NCBI RefSeq assembly: GCF_011745625.1
Contig: NW_027191471.1
Span: forward strand, 248,001 to 312,000
Reading direction: 5' to 3'
DNA from: Cladosporium halotolerans
Lineage: Eukaryota
Length of the DNA: 64,000 bases
Each line of letters opens with the position of its first letter. Position 1 is the first letter of the stretch. The notes under the pieces are model-generated. The model was not told the DNA's origin. It saw only the letters and a program-made list of their open reading frames with translations, and did not search any database. The position numbers and the translations under genes were made by a program. Positions 34,431 to 46,731 of this stretch are shown in pieces.

Positions 34431-36318
34431 CTAGTAGCTATACCTGAAGCGCCTATCTTCCTTGTCTGTGAAATCAGTCTCCGGCGTACCATTCTTGTCC
34501 AGAATCACACCGTCCGTGGCGATGTTAGACGCATCCGCTCTTCTGTTTTCATCAACAGCCTGGTCGCGATTCGCATTATCGCGTTTGCATAATAAGCGGT
34601 AGGCAAGTATGGTGATGAAGAGGAGACACCAGGTCACGATGGCCGTCACAACACCGCTAAAGTATCGAGGTGGTTTAGTCCACAGTTGCGGCGAAGCAAT
34701 GCAGCCAGCGCAGTAGCCGATGAAAAACATCGCGTTCACAATCGCTCGCTTTGTGTTTCCTTTCGAGTTCGAAGCGGTGAGCGATAGAAGTGGTGACATG
34801 ACGGCAGTAATGCAGGAAGCCTATAGTAAGTCGAAAGTCAGCAAATGCGATCGATGTAGCTGATGGAAAGCAGCATACTCACCAACCAGGCGGAAACAAT
34901 CATTCCCCAGCCAGCATCAAGTGACAACTGCATGAGTAGCACGTTCCCAACGAGTGGTGGAATGATCAAGGCCATTGTGACGAGGGTCCGATTGTTTGGG
35001 AAGATCCAACAGCCAGCCACGCCAATCCAGAGAAGAGCTACTTGCACTGCACCAGACGGAGCTGTGAAGAGCATAGTCTCGTACCGATCATATCCGATCG
35101 ATTTGATAACCAAAGAGGCAAACTGAAAGTTTCTGATCAGCATCGTTTGGTTAATGATCGCCATTGATACGAGCACGTTGGCTTACCGTGAGGACTGGAG
35201 ATTGCATTGTAACCAGAACACCAAAGGCAAAGACAAACCAGGCTTTTGGGTCAAGAAGAGTTTCTCTCAATTGACGAAGGGAGAACTCTGTTTTGTCTCC
35301 ACCTTCGCGATCTCTGGCCATCCTTATTGACAATGTTTCTTTCTCGCGTGCGGTCAGGAACCAGGCATCCTTTGGTCCAGTGGGCATCAGGAAGAAAAAC
35401 AGCACGCCAGTACCACATGTGATTGCTCCACAAATGATAAATAGCGTCCTCCAAGGTTGCAAGGGCAGGGATTGGTTCTTGCCAATACCATACATAAGCA
35501 GACATCCGATGACTTGTGCAACGCCGTTCATGGAAACCCAGAGCCTGGAGATACACGCTGTCAGATTGATCTTCCCCTTAGATCTCCATGACCTTCTCGG
35601 CACTTACGCTGTCCGAGTGGCATGCTCCTTCTTCTGATACCAAATGGATGTAATAGTGACGAAAGCCGGTGACACGGCACCTTCGGAGAATCCGAGCAGG
35701 AATCGGACCGCTGCAAAGCTGGCGAAGCTTTGGGGCGCTGCAAGGCACATGCACATACCGCCCCAGATGATCCTGTTGAAATGTCAATCCTTCAGCCTCT
35801 GTTGAGCGTTGTGCTTCGATCTCTTACACCGTAGCGCCAACGAGTTTGGTCAAAGGGAGCTTCGACATGAGATAAATGAACGGATATTCTGCCACAAGCT
35901 GGCCTGTTGTAAATTGATCAGCCTAGATACTGGCAGGTGATTCCAAAGTTCGTCAACGATTCGAGCATACCGACGTAAAAGATCGAGGAACACCAGGAGT
36001 ATTGTTCAGAGGTCATGTTCAAGTCGTCGATAAGACCAAATACCTGGGAATATTAAGCGCAATCCAAGCGATCTCTGGCACACCTATACTTACAGCAGCG
36101 TAACTCAATGATTGCTTATCGAGATACTGGAGTAAGAAAACGAAACACAGAAAAGGCAGGATCACCAAGTCGATCTTTCGAACGACTGCCCGCTCTTCTT
36201 CAGGACTGATGAAGCCTGCCGTGTCAAGCTCGTGGCTTTCGTTCGGCACATCGTAGCCTTTCTCAGCTGGAATCATGCTGTCCTCCGCAGCTTCTGCTTC
36301 CTTTTCAATCGCAGGCAT
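34431..36318 (-). CDS. MFS allantoate/dipeptide permease (Dal5-like, ACS family), 6 introns, frame intact
   Basis: VVRKIDLVILP...LQYLDKQSLSYAA, QYSWCSSIFYVG, RFLLGFSEGAVSP...IWYQKKE, SNSKGNTKR, DFTDKEDRRFRYSY. All introns are GT-AG. Confidence 0.92.
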
Positions 36319-36803
36319 GATACCCGATCCTGTTGGAGTGTCTTGAAGTTATGTAAACAGTGTCGTCAGTGACCAAGAGCTGAAAGTCCTGGCTCGAACG
36401 ACGATCAACCCTCATCGTACGACATGCCGACCGGACTTATATGTGGACGAGTAAAGTAGATAGGAACAGGCACGGACTGCGATAATGCGACGACCCCAGA
36501 ATCTATCGCGTGGTGATAGACCATGAAGTGAAGGCGCATTGCGGGGAAGGCTTATCGCCCCACTGTTGTGGCAGGTAGCCGACGATTGTGACCGGTATCC
36601 GATGGCGAAGTGTCGGCAAGCTGTCTCTGGCGGTTTGCAGGTTGCCGATCATGGAGCAAGTTGCCGACGTGCTTATCGTCTGTGTCGTTATATGTACCAT
36701 ACCATTCAACTGCTTTGGAAGCACAATCTCGTGACTTCCTTCTCGGACGGTCATCTATCACACCAACTCTCACAACCCGTTCAATACCAAAGACTCGAAA
36801 ACC
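36319..36803. promoter_or_regulatory. Divergent promoter of permease and amidohydrolase with clustered HGATAR (AreA-type) and SYGGRG (CreA-type) sites
   Basis: HGATAR on either strand at about 36458, 36480, 36503, 36514, 36552, 36673, 36755. SYGGRG at 36494, 36541, 36558. Confidence 0.55.
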
Positions 36804-38139
36804 ATGGTTTCGAAAGCTGACATCAAGCCTTGGCTACGTCCTGGAGCGGGATCATTCATCCTGCATAATGCCACAGTCGTCGACGTTGCCAACGGAGTGA
36901 CCCGGGACGCACAGACTGTGTGCATCGAAAACGGCAGGATCACATCTATCAGCAAATCTGAGCCTTCGATACTATCCAGCCGACCGGGAACGAACGTGAT
37001 AGATTGCACTGGCTTATATCTCTGCCCAGGCCTCATCGACAGCCACGTCCATTTGATCGCTGTCCCCGGCTTCAACGAACTGTCGCAAGCATTTGGCAAT
37101 CCCGAATCTGTGAGCCTCCTCCGCCAACCCTATGTCTGCGCGCAGATGCTCCACCGCGGCTTCACGACTGTGAGGGACTGTGGCGGCGCCCATGCTGCGA
37201 TCAAAGAAGCGATCGAGGATGGCGTCTTCCCAGGCCCGAGACTGTTTATTGCCGGCCATGCGTTGTCTCAATCCGGCGGCCACGCCGACTTCAGAAACAA
37301 GCACGACCACTCTGCGTGCTGTGGGGGAGCTACCACCGGCCTAGGTCGTGTCTGTAATGGCATTCCACAATGTATGCAGGCAGTCCGCGAGGAGATCCGA
37401 TCTGGTAGCGACTTTATCAAGATCATGGGTTCCGGCGGTGTGAGCAGTCCCACAGACAAGATCGATCATCTACAGTTTACCGGAGACGAGATTAAAGCGA
37501 TGGTACAGTGCGCCAAGAATGCCGGCACTTATGTCACCGCCCATGCATACACTCCCGAGGCCATACAGCACTGCATAGAAAATGGCTGCAAAGGCATCGA
37601 GCACGGAAACTTTCTGAATGAGGAGCTCGCTGCATTGATGGTCAAAAATGATGTGTTTCTCACGCCCACTCTGATCACTTACGATCAAATGGCTTCATCG
37701 AAGTGGCAAGGGTACCTTCCGCCTGAGTCTCAGTCGAAGAACACAGAGGTCCTCGATGCTGGACTCCGAGCATTAGGAATAGCGACCAAGGCAGGAATCG
37801 ATATGCTTCGGGACAGACCTCCTGGGACCCCTCGGTGCCGCTCAGACTCATGAGTTTGCACTTCGCGCGAGAGTTCAATCTCCAATTGAAGTACTGCGCA
37901 GCGCAACCTTGAATCCGGCGCGCATGTTGAGACGAGCAGATACTCTGGGCCAGATCAAGGAAGGATTCGAGGCGGACGTTCTATTCCTGAGTGGAAACCC
38001 GCTAGATGACGTGACCATTCTAGATCGACCGGAAGAGTTCGTCAAAGGCGTGATGAAGCAAGGTCGTATTTACAAGAGCAGATCGGGTTCTCTGATCGAA
38101 GATGGGCAGCCTCCAATCCGCATCATGGCCTCGCTCTGA
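36804..38139 (+). pseudogene. Metal-dependent amidohydrolase (prolidase/Xaa-Pro dipeptidase-like), frameshifted at ~37800
   Basis: PGLIDSHVH, GFTTVRDCGG, IKIMGSGGVSS, AHAYT, IEHGN. The sequence GCA GGA ATC G ATA TGC TTC GGG ACA GAC puts ICFGTDLLGP...SATLNPARML...GQIKEGFEADVL in another frame with no intron signals. Confidence 0.8.
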
Positions 38140-38188
38140 TTGTCTGTAGATCATGTACGGACACCAATACTCAGAGATTGAAACTGGT

Positions 38189-40657
38189 TCAAGACCCGGA
38201 AAGCCCCAATGCCTCAAGACCTGTTAGCTCCATCAGGAAAGCCTCATTCTCGACGTGAAGGAAGGAGAAGAGATCACGATCGACCTGGTCGGTTTGTGTC
38301 CACGCAGCATCTGTCAGGATTTCTGATATGCCATCGCCACGAGTGTTTGTCGCAGACTGTCGCGGAGTACCATCCAGGGTATAAGGTGCTTGGTCTGCCG
38401 ACAAGGGCAGCTGAAAGGGCAGTGCGAGACTTCCTCCGAAATCGGGTATCGTGCCCTCAGTCGCCGAGGGGTCGTCACGTCTACCGTTCGAGGCGTCACG
38501 TTGTGATGCTTGCCGTGACAGCCATTGCGCCCAGCCATCGAAGTCTCGCATTCGAGATGGCGATCTAAGCATAGTCTGGCGGCCTCTCGTCTCCGCATCA
38601 TGCAGCTTTTGAGACGCTTCGTCTGCAATGGCTTGCAGAGCTTCCATGAAGCTGACCCCAGTGACAGCGGTCGTGTGTTCGCCTGCCATTTTACGTAAGC
38701 ACTGGAGTCCGAAGGATATGTTCGCCTCATAGCAAATATCGCGTTCGACGATACCAGCGATCAACAACACCATCGTGGCAATGCTGCATCCTTGGAAGTC
38801 GGTAAACGATGACCTGGTCAACTTGCCGCTGGTACAGATTTGTCCAAACATCACAAGCATTTTTCTCGCGGCTTTCATGCAAGACCTTGAGAGCTGCTCA
38901 AACTTGGTCTCGGTCGAATCTAGATCAGGGCCGCCACCCAACGCGTGGCGGAGGCGGTTCCGCACGATTGAGACGACCTTGTATTTGCCCATGGCAATCC
39001 AAGCAAAGTAATAATTCAGGTGAAGGTGGAAAGTGGCTCGATAACTCGGGGACGCCGCGGATACATCTTCCATCCTTAGTGCGGAAGGCAATGCTCGTTT
39101 CCAAGCCTTCAAGTCAAGTCTGGCTTGGATTACATCCTCTTGGTCCATGGTCCACAGTCTGAACGCAGTCAACAGTCGCACACGAAATCCTCACCAGTAG
39201 TAACTTACGATGTATCTGCAAGTCTGTTCAATATGATTGTGAGCCGCACATTCGCAGTCTGGTGTAGTGAGTTGTCGAAAATTTGGATATCGTCAAGCTC
39301 TTGCAAAGGGCGCGGCAGCTCGACTGTGATGATTTTAGGGTCGACGGATCTAGGCCGATTGAGTTTCACAGTCAGAGTCCTATATGTGCCGTATTAGATT
39401 AGGACCTCAAAGGATCTGATCCGGAATGCTTGCCTTTCTAGAGAAAAGACTGCCCACCAAATCCGGCTTCGGACTTCTCTTTCTCGTGCTGACAGATTCG
39501 TGCCTTCTGCATTTACATGCATATCGAGAGCAATAGCTTTCCTCAAAGCGAGACCTAGATGCATGTGAAGCGATCCGGTGGCGCGGCCTGGCAGCAGATA
39601 CACCCCGAGAACGAAAGGAGCCTGCACCGATCGAAGGCTCGTGGACTCGTCGAGATCAGGTACAAGCAATCGGGCCTGCTCGTAGAACGCTCGCCCTGGT
39701 TCATCGCTGGCTGCATGGATCAGTGAAGCTGATCCGTTTAGCCTCGTCAGCGTCGTCCATTGGCTCCCCAAAGCGAAAGTCGCAAGTGCCAAACAGATGA
39801 ATCCAGCATCGTAGCGAAGGTTAGACGTAGGATCCGAGTCAAACCCATCTATCTCTGACAAAAACTCGGCCTGATCAAAGTAGAAGAACGAATCGGTACC
39901 ATGCTCAATGCAAACAGAGAGTAGATAGTTCGCAACAGCGCGGGGAGGAAATGCATCGACCGCATGCTTCAATCGTTGAAGCTCAGCAGGTTGCAATCTG
40001 TGAGCGTTTGGCATTTGCTGATCTTGTAAGCGCTACCAATCTCATGATTTTGACGTGAGACTCACTGCTTGTTGACTTTGAGGGAAAACACTATGTTGTG
40101 CTGTGGGATCAGGATCCAGGGAGAATGACTCCCGAAGCTTGGCTAGGAACCCAGGCCACATGAATCTTTCCGCTTGACCTGGCCACAAATCAGCATTCAG
40201 AAGAGCCACCGATAGCGTTCAAGACATCACTAACACGCATCCGTGGACAAGCTAGTAGCTGGTGTCGTGTACATATCCGCTGGCGTCGCCATTGTCGTTG
40301 CCATCGTGGTCCTTTGACTCGGAGATGCTTCCACTTCTATGCTGTCCTGCTCAACAGGTCCAGTCGAAATACTTATGGATCAAGTCAGTGGGAATCATCA
40401 TGGATCGGTATGCGCTCCACGCCCACCGTTCGTATTGGCACACAAGAGAGCCTCTGATGCATCTTTGACAACCGCCCGGGGCGATTCGAATGCATTTGCT
40501 TTTCCGCGACTTGCATCGTATACATCTGGACAGGTGTGAGAGGAGCTTAATGGGTAGTACAGCTCAACGGCCAGTTCCTCGCGCGATCTTACGCTTCGGC
40601 TGAACGTTTGCGGTCGCTGTCAGGTACCCGACGCTGCCGACGTGGGCGTGAAGCCAT
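38189..40657 (-). CDS. Zn(II)2Cys6 transcription factor with fungal-specific TF middle domain, about 6 introns including one GC-AG
   Basis: After splicing intron 1: CIRCKSRKSKCIRIAPGGCQRCIRGSLVC (C-x2-C-x6-C-x7-C-x2-C-x6-C). Middle region LGLALRKAIALDMH...REVRSRIWWAVFSLER. Confidence 0.88.
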
Positions 40658-41126
40658 TCAGTGATGTCGATATTGCTCCGTCTTGGAGGGCCGGATTTGT
40701 TCGAGGCTTGTCAAAAGCCGCAAGACAGATTCAAGTCATTTGCTCGTCAAGGATGTGGCGCAGAACGACATGATGTTTATCTCTCTTTATCAGCAATGGA
40801 GACGAGATACAAGTGGTCTTCCGATATCGAGATTCCGGCATCGCGGGGAAGCCAAGCCATTGGGCTTCCTAGGATGTTGCTGAACGGGTTGAGGAGAGGA
40901 ACACATTTCACGCAGCAACGTAGAAAGCCAATAGTGTAGAGAATCAGTTTTAATGAAACTGCATATATTGATATTCCATCAATGTCCAAAGTCTAAACCA
41001 AGAAGAAAAGAAGAACAGGACTAGAACACGAGAACCGATTTTTTCAAGAAACACCGTACCCTAATCTGGCCAGAGAACTGCTGCTGGCGTTTATATTGGT
41101 CTGTTGTTGAAGTGGCCAGGGCGCGC

Positions 41127-42105
41127 TCAGCACTTGAGCGAGAAGCCCGGCTTGAGAGAGCGGTCGGCGTTCATGGCACCCCAGTGGGTCTCGTCAGAGG
41201 CCTGGCCGTTGTCACCGGTGGAGTGGGGCTTCCACGGCTCATCAAAAGCCTCGAAGTAGAAGGTGTTGACACCCCAGTCGAGGGCACCGCAGCTGCGGGG
41301 CATATTAGTTTATTTGTTGGACTACGCTAACATCAGGATCAACTTACACAGCGGAGTGGTAGTAGTCAGCAGCGTTCTTGGTGCCGGCCTTGGCGTTGGA
41401 GTAGTCGTCACCACCGTCGGTGGGCCAGCCAGTCTCGCCGTTCCAGAACTCGAAGCCGTCGAGGGAGCCAGTCAGGTCCTGGATGTGGCCAAGAGCCTGC
41501 TGGATGTCGTCGAAGTAGGTCTGGACAGCGCCGTCACCGACGTTGTCGCCCTGCCAGTAAGCGAAGGCGTTGGCGAGGATGAGCTTGACACCACCCTTGA
41601 TGACAGCGTCACCGGTGCCGTCAGCCCACTTGTTCCAGCTGTCGGCAGTACCGATCAGGGTATCAGGGAGCGCATCTTGAATGTCGTTGATCTTCTCGAG
41701 GAGCTGGTCACCGTTAAGGTTGCCGCGGTAGAGGGCCTCGGAGCCGACGGTGACGGCGTAGACCTGGTCCTTGAACTTGGGCACGTACTCGGTGAGAGCG
41801 GCCTTGTCGGCGTTGAAGCTCTCATCGGTATCCGGCCAGACGCCGAGGATCACCTGGAAACCCTTGCTCTTAGCCGCGGGGAGGATCTGCTGGGCGGCGT
41901 TGCAGTCGCTGGCAGCGTAGCCGCGAACGATCTTGCTGCCAGTGTTGGTCGCAATAGCATCGAAGTCCTTCTCGTAGTCGGCCTGGTACTTGCAGCTGCC
42001 ATCAGGGAGCTTGGTGCCAAGGGAAAAACCGAGCTTGCCCTTGGAGGCGGCGAGGGCTGTCGGGACCGCCGCGAGAGCGAGGGAGGAAAGAGTCGCGACG
42101 CGCAT
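41127..42105 (-). CDS. BGL2: GH17 cell-wall beta-1,3-glucanase/glucanosyltransferase (Bgl2/Bgt1-like); exons 42105-41348, 41292-41127
   Basis: Signal peptide; VGSEALYRG, ADSWN, NAFAYWQG, GETGWPT; after intron 41293-41347, FYFEAFDEPWK...ETHWG. Confidence 0.92.
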
Positions 42106-42684
42106 GTTGATGATTATTCCGTTCGGTAAGGTGGAAGTGTTTCAAGTAAGGATGTCGCGGGAATGAATTGGCACGTTGGCGGCCAATTCACGTGCTGTAT
42201 CAAGGAGTGAAGGTGGTATCCAAAGGAGTGTTGTAAGAAAAGACAAGGATGACCCAAGATGAAGGAAAGATGGGGTTCTGGAGTGATGTTGAGAATGGTG
42301 TTGTCCGCACTACAGTTCGAGGCCTTGCCCCTGATTTAGCGCCGCAAGCCGCGCGCCATTCACTTGGCAGGTACCGTACGGGGTAAATGATGACACATGC
42401 GCCACGCGGAGAGGCTTGTGAAACCTCGCGTTGAAGATCCAACGGCTGTGCAGAAATGAACATGAGGTACATGTTTGTCGGTCCAGACTCATGAGCAGGA
42501 AACCGAGTCAACGTACGGCACATTGCTTCGACAAATGCCAGTGGTTCATTTACGCTTGAAAGTAGACAGCTTTGATATAATGCGGTGTGTTAGTTCTTAG
42601 ATTTGGACATGAATTCACAATGCATTCAGGGTATCTAACCGTAGTTCACATATAGCGTACAAATTCCTGGCGCAGATCGTGCTC

Positions 42685-43810
42685 TTACATGAGATCTTCC
42701 TCATTCAGTTTCTCGCCTCGCCTGCTAGCAAGATACACTCTCCCGCCTTCGTACACTCCCAAGTACAACCCGCTGCCCATGAGGGTCCAGACACCTCTCA
42801 AGGCTCCGCCTCTGAACAAGCCCTTGACACCCGACTCCGCCATGATCTCTTTGGCGATTTGGATGCTTCCCTTGCTTGAGACGGGCTTCGTGACGTTTTT
42901 GACTGTTTCCTTAACAGTCTCTTTCGCCGACTGGACCGTCTTGCCCGTCGCGTCTACCAGCGCTTGTTGTCCATTTTGACCAGAAGGCTTCTGATCCGCG
43001 GCCGCGCTCTCAGCAGCCGCCAGCATGATCCTGGTCTTCACCACATCGACCGGAGTCGTGATCACAGACGCGATGCTGCCAGCTGAGCCCGCGCTGGCGG
43101 CTGTGACCAAGCTACTCTCGTAGATGCTGTTCGTTCTCAGTCCACGCTCTTCTCTGTACCTGTGAATAGCCGTCCTTATGCGCTCGAACATCGGGAACTG
43201 AATAGCAGTCATGGGAAGGTTGCGACCAGCAAGAGCAGTGTAACCCCTCCAGAGCGCCAGAGGATTGCTCTGGAAGCGTTTCATGGTCTGCACGGTAGCG
43301 TTGACGCGTGGGCGGTCGGCGCTGGAGTTGTCGACCATCTGCGCATTCTGCTTAATCACCTCTGCTGGCGTAAGAATGGCGCATGAAACCAGTTCTGCGG
43401 TTGCAGACGCGGCCGAGTGAACCAATGGCTGTGGGAGCAAATGCCCATTGCCCCACGCCGGGTTGTGATCGCTTAGCACGGATTTGACGCCCTCGTATGT
43501 TGTAAAGAAAGCTCCTGCTTCAAGAAGATCATTGTTAGCCCGAGAGACTATCTTATGAATTCGCATAGAACTTCTTACAGGATGGCAGGGTGGCCAGGAT
43601 TACACTTCCCACGCCCTGGTAGACGCCACGGAACATAGAGCGGCTGACCTTGGAGTCGACGCCATTGGTGTAAAGCCTTTTGTAATCTGGGCTTTGAAGA
43701 CGAGTCTTGATAGTGTCCAGTGGGTAGACGAGTAAGTCAACCGTAAAGGCCGCGAAAGCACCCGCTATCCAAATGTCGGTGTTGCGGGCATTGCTGATGT
43801 CGGCAGACAT
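42685..43810 (-). CDS. Mitochondrial carrier family protein (SAM carrier/Pet8-like); exons 43810-43579, 43517-42685
   Basis: Three carrier signatures PLDTIKTR, PAEVIKQN, PVDVVKTR. Intron 43518-43578. Confidence 0.88.
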
Positions 43811-44338
43811 TTACGTCTGCTGTGGCAACTTCTTGTGAAGGCGACGAAAACAAATGCAAGTCTCGAGTACGCACGCGTACTGTACAAGAAAGGAAGACGA
43901 TGAAGAGTGCAAAAGACGAAATCAGATCTGGAGATAACACAGAAGATTCTCATGCATGCGAATGCGTCTTCATGCAGCTTCATGCAGCTCGATTACGTCA
44001 CTGTGTCCAACGCCGACGCGACGCGGTTTTTTATAATCAGCCGAGCGTCAGCAGGACCTAGGAGTATACAAGGGCAGCGAGAAGCAAACTCCAGTGTGAT
44101 GTGCTGCGACTAGGCTCATGTCTCTGTCACAAGGCAAGGTGAAGTAAAGCGCATTCAATCGAGGTGTGTTGTTGCATTTCACGTCCCCCCCAAGTGAGGT
44201 CAAAAGGCAGGTACGAATGAGTCGCTCTTTCCATTTCGTTCATTTAGAAGCCACTGCAGTTGTAGTCCAACTGTTTTCTGTCCTTTTCCCCGTACATCGC
44301 TTCACAGACCCCACAGCACATCACTATCGACCGCAACT

Positions 44339-46554
44339 ATGGATGAGGAGTACGAACAAACAAATGCGCAGGAATGGCAGACCAACACCCCTAACCGGCT
44401 GAAGAAAGCAAACCCGCCGCCAGACTCGAGTAAGAAGCCAGCGTATGTGCAGAGATCTCCTCCCATGAAGCCTCAACAAACGCAGGCTACCGCTCGCCGC
44501 AACGACAAGCGCAATCTCAGAACTGCAAAGCCAGCCTGGCTTGTCGCCGAAGGCGTGAAGCAGCGTCAGACAACCCGGCAAGAACAACAGCAGCAGCAAC
44601 AGCAAGTTCTCCTGGTCGACCTCGGTGACGACGTCGAGCACTCTGCCGAAGCCGCCTGGCGTCGCCATGAGCCACCTCTCGCAAGCATATCTGTTCCTGA
44701 TGAACTTGTTTGGAGAGATCAGCAGCACGAGGTGATCGCTCGCAAGTTCGGCACCTTTGTCACTAGCCAGGATCGTTCTGGCACGGCTGGTGCAATAACC
44801 CTTCATATGTGGGGCGAGCCCGACGCAGTCAGACACACAAGACAGGCCATTCATGACTGGGTGCAGAGGGAGTCCCCGTCAAAACATGTGCTAGGAAAGT
44901 GCACATTCAGCAAGACCAGATCCTTCCTACCAACCCAGCGCCGTAACGAGGAGAGGAGATGGGCCCGTGAAGTCAAGCGCCAGCGTTTCCGACAATTGCC
45001 GCCCCTTGGAACGGTTTTTGGCGCGATTGGCACGTTCTACTGGCATATGCAAGAATACCAACCGCACGAGGTGCTGGGAAGTAACTATGAAGCTCTCGAC
45101 CCCATCCGCATGGAATGTTCCTGTTACGTCGTCTTTCAGAAGTCCATTCCAGGCTTCGAAGTAATGGGCGGCATTGATGATGTGAAGAACGCTCTTATAC
45201 GCCTGCGCAAAGCGTGCTTCCAGATTGCCGCACGACAGATCGCCCCAGTGAGAAAATATTTCTTGCTTTTCGACGATGTGAATGGAGAGATACCAAGTGC
45301 CGTCGTGCTGCACGGGTTTGAGCCTCTGAAGGTTATCGCAACCAACGGCAGTACCGTCCAGCAGCCGCCCGCCAAGTCCCCACGCAGTGGGAACGTCAAT
45401 GAAAATGGCCCTACAGAGCAGGAAGTCCTGACAAAGAGCATCCGGGACGTCAAAATCGGTGGAAGATCCATCATGCTTATGCTGGCCAAATTACACTACT
45501 ATCGTGGACACATCAAATTCCGCATCCGCCTCGGAACGTTCCTTGCCACGCAATATATGAGTGCAGAAGACGACACCTACGAAATCGATGATTTCCAGGA
45601 GATGCTGAAGCAGTCTCCTTTCAGGGGTGAAGTCACACACGAGTATGTATTCCCTTTGCTTCTGGTATGAATTTTGAAACACAGATCTAACATGGCTACA
45701 GGATCGGGAAGAAGCACAGCGAAGACACAGCCCTCAAGACCCTCCAATCTGCGAACGACGTACTGTTTCCTTGCGACAGCACGGTCCGCTCCCTCATTGA
45801 AGTCAAACCGATCTACACTGCAACTTTCGTCCTTGCAGACAGCGCCGGTGATATGCGCCTGGATATCTCATGGTACGAAATGATGGACGGGAAGAAAACC
45901 ACACTGGAGCCGCTATCCAGACGTTGGACACGTCTCGATCGCGATACGACTTCGGCGACCTCCCTCTTGGACATCAGCCTCATCAACCTGAACCGCGGCT
46001 GCGCCTGGCAGTTCGACATCCTCGCCGCGCAGGTCGTGGAAGCCAACCGCATGAGACCGGAGTTCGAGCACTTCGCAGACGGCGTTCGCATCAACTCCGA
46101 GATCGCCCTGAAGCAGCGCACCGATCAGCCGTTCGTCAGATGGAGCCCTTACCCTCGTGTCAAGAAGATGCAGCAACGCGTGAGCTATCAATTTGGGGTG
46201 GCGAACTCCGACTACACTCTCGAGCTCTCCCGCTTCCAGGACCGGGTTTTCACCAACAAGTCTGCCGTGCCTGGAGACGTCAAGTCGCTGACTTACGAGC
46301 CGAGGTGGAGCTTGGAGGTTTGGCACAGCGAGTGGGACAAGCTACTGACGATGAACGAGCATTTGAATGTGGGTGCTATGGCAGATTGGGAGGATGGTGT
46401 GAATTTTTGGTTTCCTGAGGATGATGTTCCGGGCGAGTTTGGTCAAGTCAAAGGGGAGAAAGGATTTGAGCAGCTGATATCGAAGTTGACGATGATCGAA
46501 GAGCTGGTGCTCAAGCCGGACTCGGAGATGTTTGGCGGCATGGATATTGGCTGA
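44339..46554 (+). CDS. Fungal protein of unknown function (~718 aa); exons 44339-45642, 45702-46554
   Basis: Intron 45643-45701 (GTATGT...CTAAC...CAG) fuses the 443-aa and 233-aa ORFs. Contains a polyQ tract and globular segments (EALDPIRMECSCYV, YYRGHIKFRIRLGTF). Confidence 0.78.
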
Positions 46555-46731
46555 CACCAGATTGGTGATGTGGCAACGGCACTCCCCGTCAACTCATGCC
46601 TCCGAACCGCCAGAGTACGGAAGATGAAGTTTGCAGGTCGAGAAAATTCAATTGAAGTGGTTTCAACAGACCGTGATTCATGGAAAAGGAAAACCTGAGT
46701 GTAGATTACAAGTAGCCAGCCTCTAAGTATC

